From Vermamoeba vermiformis (lineage: Eukaryota): DNA of 64,000 bases. The stretch is taken from assembly GCA_045837725.1 (NCBI GenBank), contig JBEWZL010000056.1, positions 1 to 64,000 on the forward strand. Direction: 5' to 3'. Every line of letters starts with the position of its first letter. Position 1 is the stretch's first letter. The translations under genes were made by a program, and so were the position numbers. Of the stretch, positions 50,501 to 64,000 are shown piece after piece. A model generated the notes under the pieces. It ran no database searches, was not told the origin of the DNA, and saw nothing but the letters and a program-made list of their open reading frames with translations.

Positions 50501-50680
50501 GAAGATAATTATCCTGAGAGCGACGATGAAAGCTCTGAAAAGGGAATTACAATCGCCGAAATCAAGCCTGAAGGACCTGTGGCTGAAAGCTCTACCTCAT
50601 CGTCAGATTCAGAATCTGAAGTTAAAGGAGAAAGTCCAACTTCGGCTTCAAGCGCTGGCGAACCCAATCTTGAGCCTTAA
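44538..50680 (+). CDS. Large cysteine-rich surface protein with signal peptide and C-terminal multi-pass domain (about 7 TM, THH1/TOM1/GPR137-like)
   Basis: MRRAIIFTLLGFIFILPAIVTA signal peptide; many Cys-rich exons; LFELPTFMFFSLYTIVLFLW motif; acidic/Ser tail. Confidence 0.75.
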
Positions 50681-51031
50681 TTCATTCACCACTATAAAAC
50701 TTCGCTTGTATTATTAGCAGTGTAAATAAAATTAATTTAAATATCGGAAGCAAGCTTTGCGAGCATTTATTGCAAAATTGCGACAACGAGTGCACGAGCC
50801 AATCACAAACCTGGCACTACTGCCCACAGCATTGCACGAAGCGTGCAATTTCTCGAACCATTTATGTGAGCTGCCAAAAAGACGTATAAAACATTTGTGC
50901 TGCATTATTAATAATTTAAGCTCAACCTATACATTTGCATGGACTACGGGTCCGTAGTATACTATAATTAATTTCCATAGATACATTAAGCGTGATAATG
51001 AAGTAAATTAAATAAAACACTATTGAACGCT

Positions 51032-52800
51032 TTATGAGAACTGGAACAAGCTCGAAACAGACTCCTCGTTGTGAATGCGACGAATAGCCTCGCCCATCAA
51101 ATGTGCCACGCTCAGCACGGTGATTTTGGGTGAAAATTTGGGCATGTTTTGAATGGGAATCGAGTCTGTTAATATCACTTCAATCAACGGACTGTCGTTT
51201 ATCCTTTCAATTGCATTGCCTGACAACACTCCTGCAATAAAATAACACGTTAAAATCAATTTTGTACGGCACAAATTGAAAAAAATATCTGCGAGTTAAA
51301 ATTTCACGGCCGAAATATTATTACTATATTTGGTAATAACAGCTATGATTGGTCGGTTTTCTTACCGTGCGTGACAGCAGCATAAACTCGCTTGACGCCG
51401 TGTCGCACTAATATCTCGGCTGCTTTGACGACCGTGTCAGCAGTGTCAATCATGTCATCGACAATCACGGCATTCTCCGCCACGTCACCGATCACACTGT
51501 CCCTGGTACATATTAAACATTAATATTCCCGTCGATATATTGCGAAAAATCTCTTCGTTGGATCCAACAAAAACGCGAAATTTTTTTGTAGCTGTTTGAA
51601 AACATAGTATAATATCATTATTATTATTATAGTATAGTCTTACTTGTCTTCAAAATCACGACGATCAATCATTGCAATTCTGCTGCAGCCCATTAACTCG
51701 GCCATTCGTCGCGCTCGTTTGGCACTGCCCTCGTCAGGTGCCACCACGACCAAACTGTTGAATATTTCTCGCTTGTCTCTGCGGCGAATTAAATATGAGA
51801 ATTTATTCTAAGAAATTTGAATGGAATTAATCAAAATAATTACCGTAAGTAATTAACGATCACTGGATCTGCCTTTAAATTATCTACAGGTGTGTTAAAG
51901 AAGCCCTATAAGAGGTAAATATCAATATATAGGCACTATAATATTGTATTTTAATAATAAATTAATTTCTTACTTGAATTTGACCGGCGTGTAAATCTAA
52001 AGTTAAAACTCTGTGCGGACCAGCAGCCGAAATTAGATCTGCAACCTGGCAACAAAATAATTACTATTAATAACGATAATAATATATATAGTACTAATAT
52101 CATTATTATTTATGCACGTACGAGTTTGGCGGTGATTGGCGCTCTCGCTTCAATTTTTCTGTCTTGTCTGCCGTAGCCATAATAAGGAATAACTGCTGTA
52201 ATTCTACCCGCTGAAATAATATTAAATTAATTATAAGAATATTATTATTAATTAATATTGTTATAATTGAGTAATATTGCGGTGTTGAGATCTCGCTCAA
52301 GATACCTGAAGCTCGTTTTAGCGCATCCAAAACTAAAAGCAACTCCATTAAGTTATCATTGACGGGTGGGCATGTTGGTTGAATAACCTAAATATAATAT
52401 TAGGAAGATGATACTTTAAGAACTAACTTTGTGTTTTCATGATCGGATCTGATTTTCCTCCAACGCTCAAAAATTGGTATTAAAATATTACTTACGAATA
52501 CATCTGCTCCTCTAACATTTGTTTCTAATGATACTTTGATTTCACCTATTTAAATAATGTTAAAATAAAATTATTGAAATACTATCTCTTTTGTACGCGA
52601 GTAAAAATCAATTTAATAATGATTATTTACCATTTAAAAATACAGCAAATATTTTGGTAATTTTTATAGGGCATTTAAAGCTTACCATCGCGAAATCTTG
52701 ATATATCAATTTTTGACATCTGTGTGCCCAAGTAGCCTGCAATAGCACTGGCAAGCTGCTGATTTGCAGTGCCTGAGAATAATCTTAATGAATGCGACAT
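51032..52800 (-). CDS. PRPS: Ribose-phosphate pyrophosphokinase
   Basis: [60 protein letters not shown]. Confidence 0.95.
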
Positions 52801-53061
52801 TAAATATAGTTGTGTTGCCTTGTTGTTCTGCACAAAAAAATGTGATCGAACAGGATCCAAACACACCTACGCGGGGGACTGTCAATTGCAATAGAAATAC
52901 CACCAAGAACACTACACATAATAAATACACTCGGTAGCTCAACACATATTGCAATTTTTCTAGATTCGTTTTTAACTAACTACTTGTCACCTAAATCCAA
53001 AAAACTACACCGTTTTATTCCTTAAATATCGCATTAGAGACCTAAAAAAATAGGATCGTAT

Positions 53062-55313
53062 TTATTTTTTCTCTGGCTTGACGTCACCTAATTGAGTTGG
53101 TTCGATGAACATCCACAAAACATCGCTTTCTTGAATAATCTTGGCGCTCAAAATATGTTCCATATATTTGTTCAATTGGGCAAACCTTTCTATGGCGAGC
53201 TGATTCTTCTCTTCGGTATTCAAAAACATTTTCTTGCTCGGTAGCCACGCATCGTCACTCGGCAATAACTTCTTGCTTTTCAACTAAAAATAGCGTTATT
53301 ATAAGGAATCATTATATTAATACTATGCACGAACCTTTTTATCGAACTCGAAGAACTGATCGTAACGGCGATAAATCGTCCAAGAAATTCCTCCTTTTGT
53401 AACGGCAATCTTGTACATCTATCAACACCAATTATATTAGAAATAATGTTACAAAAATAATCACTACGGAGCTTACTTTAACTTTCTTTTTCTTCGAGTC
53501 CATCAAATCACCTCGCTCTTCAATTTCAACAATTTGAGCAGCGTAACCACCCTTCACTTTGTCCTATTATAGTCATTAGTATAAATAAACCGTATAAATA
53601 GCACTTACTGTTCTAATTTCATCGACTACTTCGTAAATTGAATGGATCTTGTGAGGCGAATGAGGTTTATCAGCACCAGTCGATGACTTGCGCGGGATTT
53701 TAACGTCGTTGGTGGACTTATTGTAGGTCGAATCGACGAGCTCTACTTTTGTTCCGCTTTCTTTTTGAGGCACAGCGACGTAAGTGTACGGAGAAGCAAT
53801 TGCTACGGGCGACGAAGAATTGTAAGGTTGAGGACTTTCATCGTTCCTCGTCAAACGATTGTTATCACTGACGGGACGTGCGGGCAAAGGAGGAGCTGAT
53901 GAGTCTTCTTTAACGGCGTCTAATTTAATTGTGGGCACTATAACTGACGGTGCATCTCCTGTCGACGTTGACCTTGGTCGCGTGACAGGCGGTGGACCGA
54001 GCAGTTGACTCGTCTTAGGCTGACCACTATATGATTCGACATTAGTAAGATCTATATAGTAGATAGTAGGTGTCAAGTACTTACGCGATGATTGGTTGTT
54101 TCTTCACTGCGCCCTTTGGAGGTCCGCCCGTAGGTTGACCTTTCGGCACTGAAACGCTTTGTCTCTTTGGCTGTGCAGGCATTATAATTGTCGTAGTAGT
54201 CGCAGTCTCGCCACTAAGTTGTGCCGGTCGCGATGAAGGAACAGCTTCACTGTCGGGCTGTGATTGCGGGAAGTTAGGATTGACCATTCCGGGTAGTGGC
54301 ACGGAGGCACGTGGCGACACGCGGGGAGGAGCGTCATTTGCTGGAGTTGGCTGAGCTAATCCCGGCAACGGTCTCGGACTCGTGCCATTGCCGCCGCTCA
54401 TCGTATTTGGTTGCTGTGGCTGTGCTGGCATCTTTGGTGGCATTTTCTTCGGTGCTATTGGCAACGCGACTCCTCCCTTAGGTGGCTGATTTGGCATCGA
54501 CACACTAGCACGATGCGCTGTAGGTGGCGGTGCCGTATTATTCATATTATTTACATTGAGGTTATTGTTGGGGTATGGTGCGGGCATGGCGTTCGGTGGT
54601 GGGTTCTGCATTGGTAACTGTGGCTGTACGTAAGGCGCTTGATACGAATTGTTTTGCATCGGATTGTAATCACCAATTATAGGTGTGTTCATGATAACTT
54701 GCTGCTGAGGCATAGCCACGTGAGGTGGGATTGGTGGCGGATGTTGCTGCGCAGGGATCGCAGTTGGAAAATTGTTTGGTGGAGGTTGATTATGATATGG
54801 GATTTGTGGTGGCATATTATTAAATTGTGGTGCATTTTGATATGGTACTGGAGCTGCATTATGTACATTGTTGTGATACGGAATTGGCGGAGGAGTATTT
54901 TGGTACCCCACGCCGCCATTATAATTATTGGTATATGGCGCTACGTTATTATAGGCATTATATTGAAGTTGATTATATACATTTGGGTCATGAGGGCGTT
55001 GAGGTAAAGGTGGTGGAGCAGATCCAAAATCAGGTCTTGGTGCGTCAAAACTTGGACTTCGATTTTGACGAGAAGGAAGTGGTGGAGGTGCTATAAAAAT
55101 ATTTTTAGAATTATTCTTTCGAATAAATGACGATAAGGAAGAACATGCTTATTCGAAAAATTAAAATTTACGGCGACAGTTATTTCCCTGCCTTAAATTC
55201 ACGATAATATTGGTCTATTTAATATTAAAAATACTGGTGTTGTTGTTGCTACAAAAGAATTTCAGTACGGGTAGTCCAAGCTTGTACAACAAAGATCACC
55301 TACCCAAATCCAT
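53062..55313 (-). CDS. Proline-rich protein with C-terminal PX domain
   Basis: Long Pro/Asn-rich region; WTIYRRYDQFFEFD..LPSKK..ERFAQLNKYM. Confidence 0.85.
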
Positions 55314-55704
55314 CTTTATCTTGGTCAAACTAAAGGTACGTGTTGTTGTAATAAATAAATAAATAAATTTATGAGGTTAGACTTTTGAGATTCGAAAATC
55401 GGTGAGTTGTGAAATTCATCAGGGCGTTCGCGAAAAAATGAAAATTAGCCGACAACTCCCCTGCAAACAGGAAAGATTTTCAAGCTTTACTACGAACTGA
55501 GATCGATACATTGGTCTATCTATTAGAGTGACAAAGTGCTCGCGTTTCCAGAGAGTGAAACCGCAAGCTTTCCAACCAAAAACCCGAAAATTCTTTTGGT
55601 TATTTCAGTTTCTCGCAACGAAGCGTAATTAAGCACAACAATAATGCGACATACCACATCATTTGTCTTCGTCAATGTAAAATAGTGTTCAAGCAGAAAC
55701 AAAG

Positions 55705-58251
55705 ATGTTACGAAGATCGACAACGTTGCACGACAAAAAGAAAGAAAATAAAAGGCAGCTTAAATTAGCCATCGAAAATAATAGGAAAAAAATAGAGGAA
55801 TTAGACAAACAATATTCATTAAAACAGTCTTTGGGACTGCCTGCGGAATTGAAAGGTTCCGTGGAGGTGGATGCTGAGCACTCACGCCAAGTGGAACAAC
55901 TTAGCAACGAGCTAAACAAGGTATTCATACTACACCTTATTATTTTAAATTTTTCCCTATTTTTGTAACGAAAATCAAGTCTACGTACTTTGGATCCCGC
56001 GTTAATTTTTCCATTAGCTTAAAACAGACCTCGATAACGCATATTGCGAAGAAGACAACTTTCAAGTATGGGTCAAAGGCGCAGAAAAGATGCTTCTGAT
56101 CTCAGATCAAAGCCAGATCTTTATCTACGACTTAATCACGAGCGATAATCCTACTGCACCATCAAATATGAATGGCGTTATTGATTTAAGGTATAATATA
56201 GCGAATAATGCGAATACAAAACTAAGTCTCTATTCTAATTTATTTATCATTATTATTTTGGTTGGAAAATTTCATATTATTTCATATTAATAGAAATATT
56301 ATTAGAATGGAATTACTGGAATCGAATGGAGGCCCTCCAAAGTATTTGCTGAAAATAGCACGAACAGTACGATACATTGACGAGCTGAAGTTAATTAAAC
56401 CAGTCCAAGCTAAAGCCTCTTGGCTGACAGGTGCATTTAGAAGGTCTTCAGAGTACGTATTAACGCGCACTAATACTACACTCATATTCAGAAAAATTTG
56501 CACGATCCAAAGAAAAAGTGCTCAACTCTTTCGAGTTATTTACGCTTAATGCGAACTCCAATACATTTTAATATTATATGTATAGTATACTATTTCTGAT
56601 ACAATATTGATATTTTACTTTGTTCCAGGTCGAGGCTGCAGTATCGTCTCGAATTTCATAGCAAACCTAAAATAGACATCTCGACGAACGAAACTGATTT
56701 GGACGAAGTTCTTGGCGCGCATTTGAAGAGATTTAACGCGACAAAAATCAAACAGGTAATAATTACGTTCAGTAATTTAAGAGCGATCCCGATCCAACTC
56801 GATCCCGAGCTCACTTGCTTTCTTGACACTTGTTAGGGTAAATGTATTAATAGGCTCATATTGTAGGTGAACTACGTGAAAAAGTTGTTCACTTGCGCAC
56901 AAACATCGTTCTCGCACGACAATCAAGAACACGAAGCGCTGTTAATTCGGTTGTGGAACTTAGTTTATCCGAATGAGATTTGTCAAGGCACTGTACATTC
57001 ACAATGGACCAAGTTAGGATTTCAGGTGAGTTCGTTTAAACTCCCATAATATTTTTTGAAGAGTTTTTCAGACCGCGACAAAATTGGATCTGGTTCTAAT
57101 TTGATGCGTTATGATCAAACGAAAGTTTAAATGTGATGAATTAACCTTCAGAAACTCGTTTTGAATAACAACGTTGAAACCACATTCGGTTCTGATTTAA
57201 ACTTTCTTTTTTTGATCGCCGATCGGATCGCGTTTTCAATTCATCCAGCTAGCCGCGATCCATTCTAATTACTAATCTTTTATTCAGAGTAATGACCCTG
57301 CCCGAGACTTCCGAGGCATGGGTTTATTAGCGCTGGAGAATTTGATCTACTTAGCCCAGCATTATGCACCTCAGATGCGCCACATTTTGAACGACGTAAG
57401 CCCTAATTTCCATATAGCAAATATAACGGTCACCTAACTATTGGGTTTTATGCAGACAAAGGATTATCCGTTCGCGTCAGTCGGGATCAACATTACGAAC
57501 ATGCTTTTTACGCTGCTAAACATCAAGCAACATGCACTATTGAACGAGCCGTATTATTCTCCTGCATGGAATAGTCCGCTCATATTATTCTTTTGTCAGT
57601 GCAGTATTTTCTATCATACCCATCACCAGCAAAAAGAGGCGGATCTGATTAATAGCAACGGTAATAATAATAGCCTTAATAATAGTGCCTCGGCGCATAA
57701 TAGTCCTAAACATGTAAATAACAAGTCCCATAATAACAATAACACTGTAAATACCATCAATTTCAGTCCGATCGACTTAACGCTGGACGAGGATCACGTT
57801 ATAATATTGGATGAAGACAGTCCTCCGCCAAAATATGATAGTCCACTTAATAACTCAACTAGGAGCAATGATAGCAATAATAACAGCAATATTGGTGACG
57901 ATAACGAAGCACGCGAAGAAAAATTTCCGTTTGAAGAGATGTTCTGCTACTTAATGTTCTTATTGGACTCGCTATGGGACAATATGGAGGCAAAGTATAT
58001 GGTAAGCTCTTTTATATTCGATAGCTGAGCGATTTTCGAATGAACGGATGCGATCCACGATCGGATCCACTAAATTTTGTTACTAAATTGATAGATTGTT
58101 TCCCAACGCTATTGCACCATAGGACTTCCCTAAAGTGTCTGCAAATTTGAAGCAGCGCATCACTTCTTTGTTAGACAGACGACCCATAAGTTTCTCACAG
58201 CTGAAGACATGGATCCAACAAGAAATCGTCGCGCTCTTAAATACTGAATAA
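55705..58251 (+). CDS. ELMO/CED-12 domain protein
   Basis: HEALLIRLW, WTKLGFQ|SNDPARDFRGMGLLALENL, YPFASVGINIT, W..MEAKYMDF. Confidence 0.9.
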
Positions 58252-58759
58252 ATTAGTGAAATTTAGCTTCATTTTGCTCGTGCAGTAACTTCACGGCGCA
58301 AGTGATTCAGCTACGTATTGCTTATGATGACCAAACCTTTACTTCATTAATCTGTCAATCCTCTGATACACCATGAGTTGACAACGAAGGTCTGACCGCA
58401 ACTATTAATTTTTTTAGCGCACGTATCAATGCCACAAAGATTTGGAGCAGTTGAGACCACAAGGCAACCAACTTTTTGTGTTTCGCGACGAACACAAATA
58501 ATGATGCAGCACATTCCAAGTGTAGGAAAAACTAGCGACTGTGCTATGTGATCGAGGCTCAAATAGATATTGCGGCTGAGAACAAACACGAAAGAATTTC
58601 GATGAGATCTGGCTATTCTAGGTGAGTTTTCTATCGATGATACGCGCCCTTGTGGGGAATTTGAGACCCGCATTACAGAAATCAGTTTTTGCTATTATTT
58701 TACATTTTATTCAATTTTTTAAACAACAGAACAATACCTTTCGAGCTCATCTCGCATAA

Positions 58760-61137
58760 ATGGCTACTAAAACAGCTTCTAATGCCGCAAAACAGCAAGA
58801 AGAAATTGTAGATCAAAGCGGATATGAGTCTGACACTGAAGAGTACGTGCCTGAGGAAGAAACTAATCCGATCAAGCTCAAAAATAACGAGAGTATGGAG
58901 CAGCTTCAAGAAAGGTAAGAATGCAATCAATATTTATTTTATTCATATGTAATTACATATGTGCCTCTCAGTAATCACTTCAATCGCATTTTTCTTGAAT
59001 TTGCAATTTGTTGACACCTTGATCTAGACTCATGAAAACTCCGGCTGCCGAGCAGTGGAAGAAGATTGGAGTGCGACATCATCATGGCGTCGTTGTTCCT
59101 GTATTCTCATTAAAAGGAAAAGATAGCAGTGGTGTTGGTAAGTATAAAATCGGAACGCAAACCTAGCGACCCGCTCGAAAATTTTTCAAATGCCGTCGCG
59201 CTTTCAAAAGTTTATAAAAGCCAAGAGAAATAATTTTTATTATTAATTAGGTGAGTTTTTGGATCTAATTCCGTTCATGGACTGGTGCAAGCAAAACAAA
59301 TTTGAAATTATTCAGCTCCTGCCACTGAACCACACCAATCTCGACAATAGTCCATTCTCGCCAATTTCTAGTTTTGCACTTAATATTTACTTGCTCTCTC
59401 TCCGCCATGTAAGCTGCACAAGATCCGGATTCATTTATGCGCGGACTAATTTATTGCTAGCTTCCCGCTGCTACCTATGAGCGATCAACTCCTCGAATGG
59501 TCGAAATTATGGACGAGTTGATTAGCTTGAACAGCTGCGAATACGTCAATTGGAAGAAAGGTAATTTCTGCTACTTCGAAATTGTTTTCGGATCTTTAAC
59601 CAAGCTGGACTTAAACTAATAATTTAACTATCATTAGTGAGGCCCTTGAAGCACGAGTGGTTGCGCGAGTACTATAATCTTGAGCGCGACGGTCTTACTG
59701 GCAGCTTGGAGTTTATTAACTTTGTTGCAACCAATCAATATTGGTTGTCCGATTACGCTTTGTTCTGCGTTCTGAAAGAAATGTAAGCGTTATTATTTCC
59801 TAGCAAATTATTATGATTTATTTCTGGAACTAAATTTGACGCGTGTAGCAATGATTGGAAGTACTGGGAAGAGTGGACCATCGACTCAAGCCCCGAAGGC
59901 ATTAAAAAGTTGCGCGAGCAATATAAGTAAGAGCTTTAAATATCAATGTCGATTTTAATTAATACCAATTCACCGTTATGTTTCAGGGACGACATCCAGT
60001 TTTACGAATTTTTGCAATTCTTGTGTCATCAACAAATGTCGCACGTTCGAAGCCACGCGGATAAAAATGGCATGTACTTGAAAGGCGACGTGCCATTCTT
60101 AGTCAGCAAAGACAGCGCGGACGTGTGGATGAACAAAAATCTGTTCAAATTGGAGTGCAATGCTGGTGCTCCGCCAGATATGTACAGCGCGACTGGTCAA
60201 GACTGGGGATTGCCTACTTATAATTGGCCCGCTATGGAGAATGACGGCTATAAATGGTGGAAGGCAAGTCATTGCGAAAATTTTATCAATTTTATTTTCT
60301 AATCGGATCTTCAGGTTCGCCTATCGCTCGCTCAACAGTACTTCCATTTGTATCGCATTGATCATATTGTTGGATTTTTCCGTATATGGGCAGTGCCTAA
60401 GGGCAAGCCCGCGACTAAAGGCTCGTTCGATCCTAAAGAACGCGACAGCTGGATCCCGCAAGGCGAGAAGTTGTTGCGCATGTTGTTAGCTAACTCGAAT
60501 ATGCTTCCTATTGGTGAAGACTTGGGAACTGTTCCCTCTGACGTTCGTGACTGCTTGCAACGATTGGTAAGTCTAACACACTCAGATCTTGTTATCTCAA
60601 TACGCGGCTCTTAATATTCTTTTTTCTAATATTATAATATCTAACTATTGTTATTAGGGTATTTCTGGTACCAAAGTCATTCGTTGGGAACGTCAATGGA
60701 AGTTGAAAGAGGAAGGACAGCCGTTCATTCCTTACTCCGAGTACAACGGCGACAGCATGACCACGGTCTCCACGCACGACTCCACGCCGTTAGCGCTGTG
60801 GTGGAACGAGCAGCCTGAAGAAGCCAAAGCATTTTGTGCCTTCAAAGAAGGTTGGAAACACACGCCTGAAAAGCCGATGCCTATTGATTACCGCATGGAT
60901 ATTCTGCGTGACTCACACGCCACGCCGAGTCTGTTCCATATCAACTTGTTGCAAGAGTATTTGGCGCTAGTGCCCGCTATGATGCACAACGAGCCTGCGT
61001 TGGAACGCATTAATATTCCTGGCAAATTGTTGGAGTCTAATTGGAGCTACAGAATGCGACCGACACTCGAAGAAATCACTGATAATGCCGAATTAAGAGA
61101 CCTTATCAATCGTGTCATTACCACACCTCAGTCTTAA
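58760..61137 (+). CDS. malQ: 4-alpha-glucanotransferase (amylomaltase, GH77)
   Basis: GEFLDL, IQLLPL, LKGDVP, GAPPDMYS..GQDWGLPTYNW, YRIDHIVGFFRIW, GEDLG, STHD, RINIPG; includes a GC-AG intron at ~60263. Confidence 0.93.
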
Positions 61138-61349
61138 TGTGGATTCGTTTCAATAAACTTTTTGTAAGACGCCGGTCCTTCACGATTCCCTTATTAACTT
61201 CCAAACTAATAATAAATTTTAAGCGTTCTCAGAATAAAGGTGTTCGCTTTTCAAAGTATACAGCTTTTCGGTTAAAGTACTTCTAAATCTGGAAAGATTT
61301 TATTTTTAAAAAGGTTGAAACTTTTGTCGCCAGTATCATATACAACAAA

Positions 61350-61753
61350 ATGGTAAGCTCCACAAATGTCTACTTACGCGATAGGTAACGTACTTAAGAC
61401 GGAATCCGCAGGGAAACGACGTTAAAGTATTGGCTGCAGCGGTAAAAGAGCCGACGAATAAGAGCAAAATGCAAAAAGTATTTGAAGAATATGATGCAGA
61501 TAAAAGTGGCTATTTGGACCTAGACGAGTTTCGAAAGTTCGCGATCACCTTCGTTAAGATCCTTGGCAAAACCTCACGCGTAGCAATGAACACGCCTGAA
61601 ACACAATGGAAATTCCCAGATGAATTATTTAAAATGGCTGACACGGACGGGAATGGTCAAATCTCCTTTGAAGAACTCTCCGCTCTTCTGCAGATTCGGG
61701 ACTTTTGGGAGCTTGCTGAGAAGTTGCATGATTTTAATCCCGAAAAATATTAA
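61350..61753 (+). CDS. Small two-EF-hand calcium-binding protein, possibly N-myristoylated
   Basis: ATG|intron|GNDVKVLAAAVKE..; DADKSGYLDLDEF and DTDGNGQISFEEL loops. Confidence 0.85.
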
Positions 61754-62251
61754 TGTCTTAGCAAGATTCTGCCCTGTTGGACTTGTGGTGGCTGTAAATA
61801 CAATTTTAAAATAAAAATCAAAATTTACTACCGGGAAAATCTGTTAAACGCAACACAAGTGAGACCAAATAAACATAAACGCAGAGCAAGTACGTAGGTA
61901 CGTAATAATAACGTATAATTAACTGTCTGGAATCTTAAACGATCTAAATTGCTTTGTTTCATCAAAAATTTTTTGTATTATTCGTTCGTTAATTTTGGAT
62001 ACATCTCCCGCCTACTGTTATTGTGGAACCAGAAAACAATTTATTATAATTAATAAAATAATTAATTGTAAGGTCTCGATGACGTGAATTCGCCCAGAAA
62101 AAGCGACGAACGTACTTACACTTCTGCTAAGAACTTCATTATATCAACGCCATTTTGCGTGCTTGCATGGTTCATGAGATATCAAAGTTGACCGTGTTTG
62201 ACCAAACATGAAATTGCACGAAGATAAAATTTTCCATTTCAATCCTCCACG

Positions 62252-63238
62252 ATGAAGAAAGCACAAACTACCGAAGTAAACGGAACTAAAACGAAATCTG
62301 GACCCATTGACCATATTAGAAGACGCAACAGGCTTTGGGCGACCAGTAAGTAGCGGATGTTGTCTCGAATTTCATTCAAACTCGCCACACAAAATTTTTA
62401 AAAGGAGTAAAATTTGCATCAAACTTTACAATGCTACTCAGATTATTTTACGTATTTTTTCGATATTATTTGTGGCAGAGCAATTTCATTTCATGAACAA
62501 ACCAAAAATATTCCATTTTTCGGAAGTGCCTCCGATGTCTCACTAACACATTGTCATCAAGTCCTCGCTGCCTCAGCAGCCGGAGTAGGATACGCACTGC
62601 CCCATTCTTCAATTCTCAATCACTACTCCGTACCTCAGCTTCACTTGATCCAATTCGTCGTCGCGCTCTTATGGACTGGCTTTGTTCTCGCCATTTCCTT
62701 CATGGAAGCACCTGTTAAGTTTAGAGCACAATCTTTGCCAAAGAATATCGCTGTAGATGTTGGCCGAACCGTGTTCTGGGCTTTGAACAGGTCAGATCCG
62801 ATTAGAATGCTTTAAATCCCGTTATAACTAATGTAATTTTATATGCAGAGTTGAATTGGTCTTCGCTACCGCTGTTGCATTTATTTGTTTCGTAGAGAAT
62901 GGTAAATTCACCGTAGAATGATTCGAATCTGACTTACTGACAATACTTTCTTTCAGTCTACCGCATCCAATTATTAGTCCCTGTTGGGTTATTAATTCTT
63001 CAAGTCTTATTATTGCAACCGATCCTTGATAACAGAGCTATTCATTACAATCTCAACGGTACGTCTTACTTAGTCTTATATCGACTCTAAAGTGCTAAAA
63101 TACGCTCAATTATCAGGCGCTCCGCCATCTTCTGGTCATATAATTCATACTGCCTATGTTTTGATCGAAACCACGAAAGTTGCAATGCTGTCTTGGTTCG
63201 CTTGGACTTTCAGCCAACAAATTGTCCAAAAGCTGTAA
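62252..63238 (+). CDS. Small membrane protein (DUF4149/TMEM205-like)
   Basis: LWTGFVLAISFMEAPVKFRA..AVDVGRTVFWALNR|VE; canonical introns; family call from motif memory. Confidence 0.7.
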
Positions 63239-64000
63239 CTCCTCGTATAAATACGAATCCTATTAGCATAATAAGACCTTTACTCTTGAGCTAACGATAA
63301 AATAGATAAAATTTTGGCCAAGCAAAATTCTTTAGTTTTTGACCGTTACAAATGAATCAGCAATTAATGACGCAGCAACAGTATCATGCCACATGTGTGT
63401 TTTATTATCGAAAGATACGCGTCGTTGAAAGTTGCAATGCTTTCAAGATTTGCAAGGATGTCTACCGTTGCGCGGTGAGGGTCCTCTCGCTCGTGCAAAC
63501 CGTGTAACACGTTGGACAACGATGGTGGAATATTAACACAGTTATCTAACCAGCTCTTACATTGCTAGGTAAGGCAGTTTTGACTCTAAACCAATCAGCT
63601 TTTTTATCTTTCTTACAAAATTTACAAGGCTAATATTCTTAGCGAAATAATGTTTTTGTGCATGTTTATCAACGCGCACGGGGTGAGAGGAATTTTTTTG
63701 AAGCAAATGTGGACTTTGAGACTCTCACAAGATGCGATCTGCAATGCTAAGCCCGTGCTCACCAATTTTGTCGTTCCGATCGTCAATTACCCATGAAATG
63801 TCGCGATGTTGATGCAGCCGTTATTCCTGACAGGCGAATTTTGCTGGACGAGGCCTCGATCTCGATGAATTTTCTTACAGTTTCCTTCCATATGAACATT
63901 GACAATGTTTGGCACCTGCAACATATAAAAGCCTTCGTTTGTTGCAACATTCATTATTTTATTACATAGCAAATACAAACAACATGTTGGCGACTTCAAT

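Noticed and set aside
40131-55313. Nox and PX-domain gene as a linked p47phox-like oxidase module
   Set aside because: They are ~10 kb apart with unrelated genes between, and the PX protein lacks SH3 domains
63360-64000. Possible 3' end of a minus-strand gene at the window edge
   Set aside because: No consistent frame or recognisable motif could be established

Overview
Compact, intron-rich eukaryotic DNA (short GT-AG introns with CTAAC/CTAAT branch points). The gene content (NADPH oxidase, ELMO, PX, cytochrome b5-acyl-CoA dehydrogenase) suggests a phagotrophic protist, probably amoebozoan-like (inference). Right part (~27.0-64 kb): ordinary host genes (SKA1, eIF2B-epsilon, b5-ACAD, MFSD6-like, NIT2, a PHD/chromo/chromoshadow protein, Nox, TDP2-like, a giant Cys-rich multi-TM protein, PRPP synthetase, PX, ELMO, a chlamydial-type MalQ, EF-hand, DUF4149-like). 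Left part (1-~27 kb): an island with no recognisable housekeeping gene that looks like one or more large mobile elements. It has GC-rich tandem/hairpin arrays beside telomere-like motifs, patches of apparent CpG decay, three arrays of tRNA-derived B-box plus palindrome units, and spliced orphan genes. These encode an SPKK histone-H1-like tail, an RPC34-like winged helix, a ParB-like + degenerate JmjC + Zn-finger protein, and a large protein whose DxGxD / IxxYxK / RxE motif order matches Rep_trans (pT181-type) rolling-circle initiators. Gene models and family calls were made by eye and need profile or structure searches; splice boundaries are approximate.
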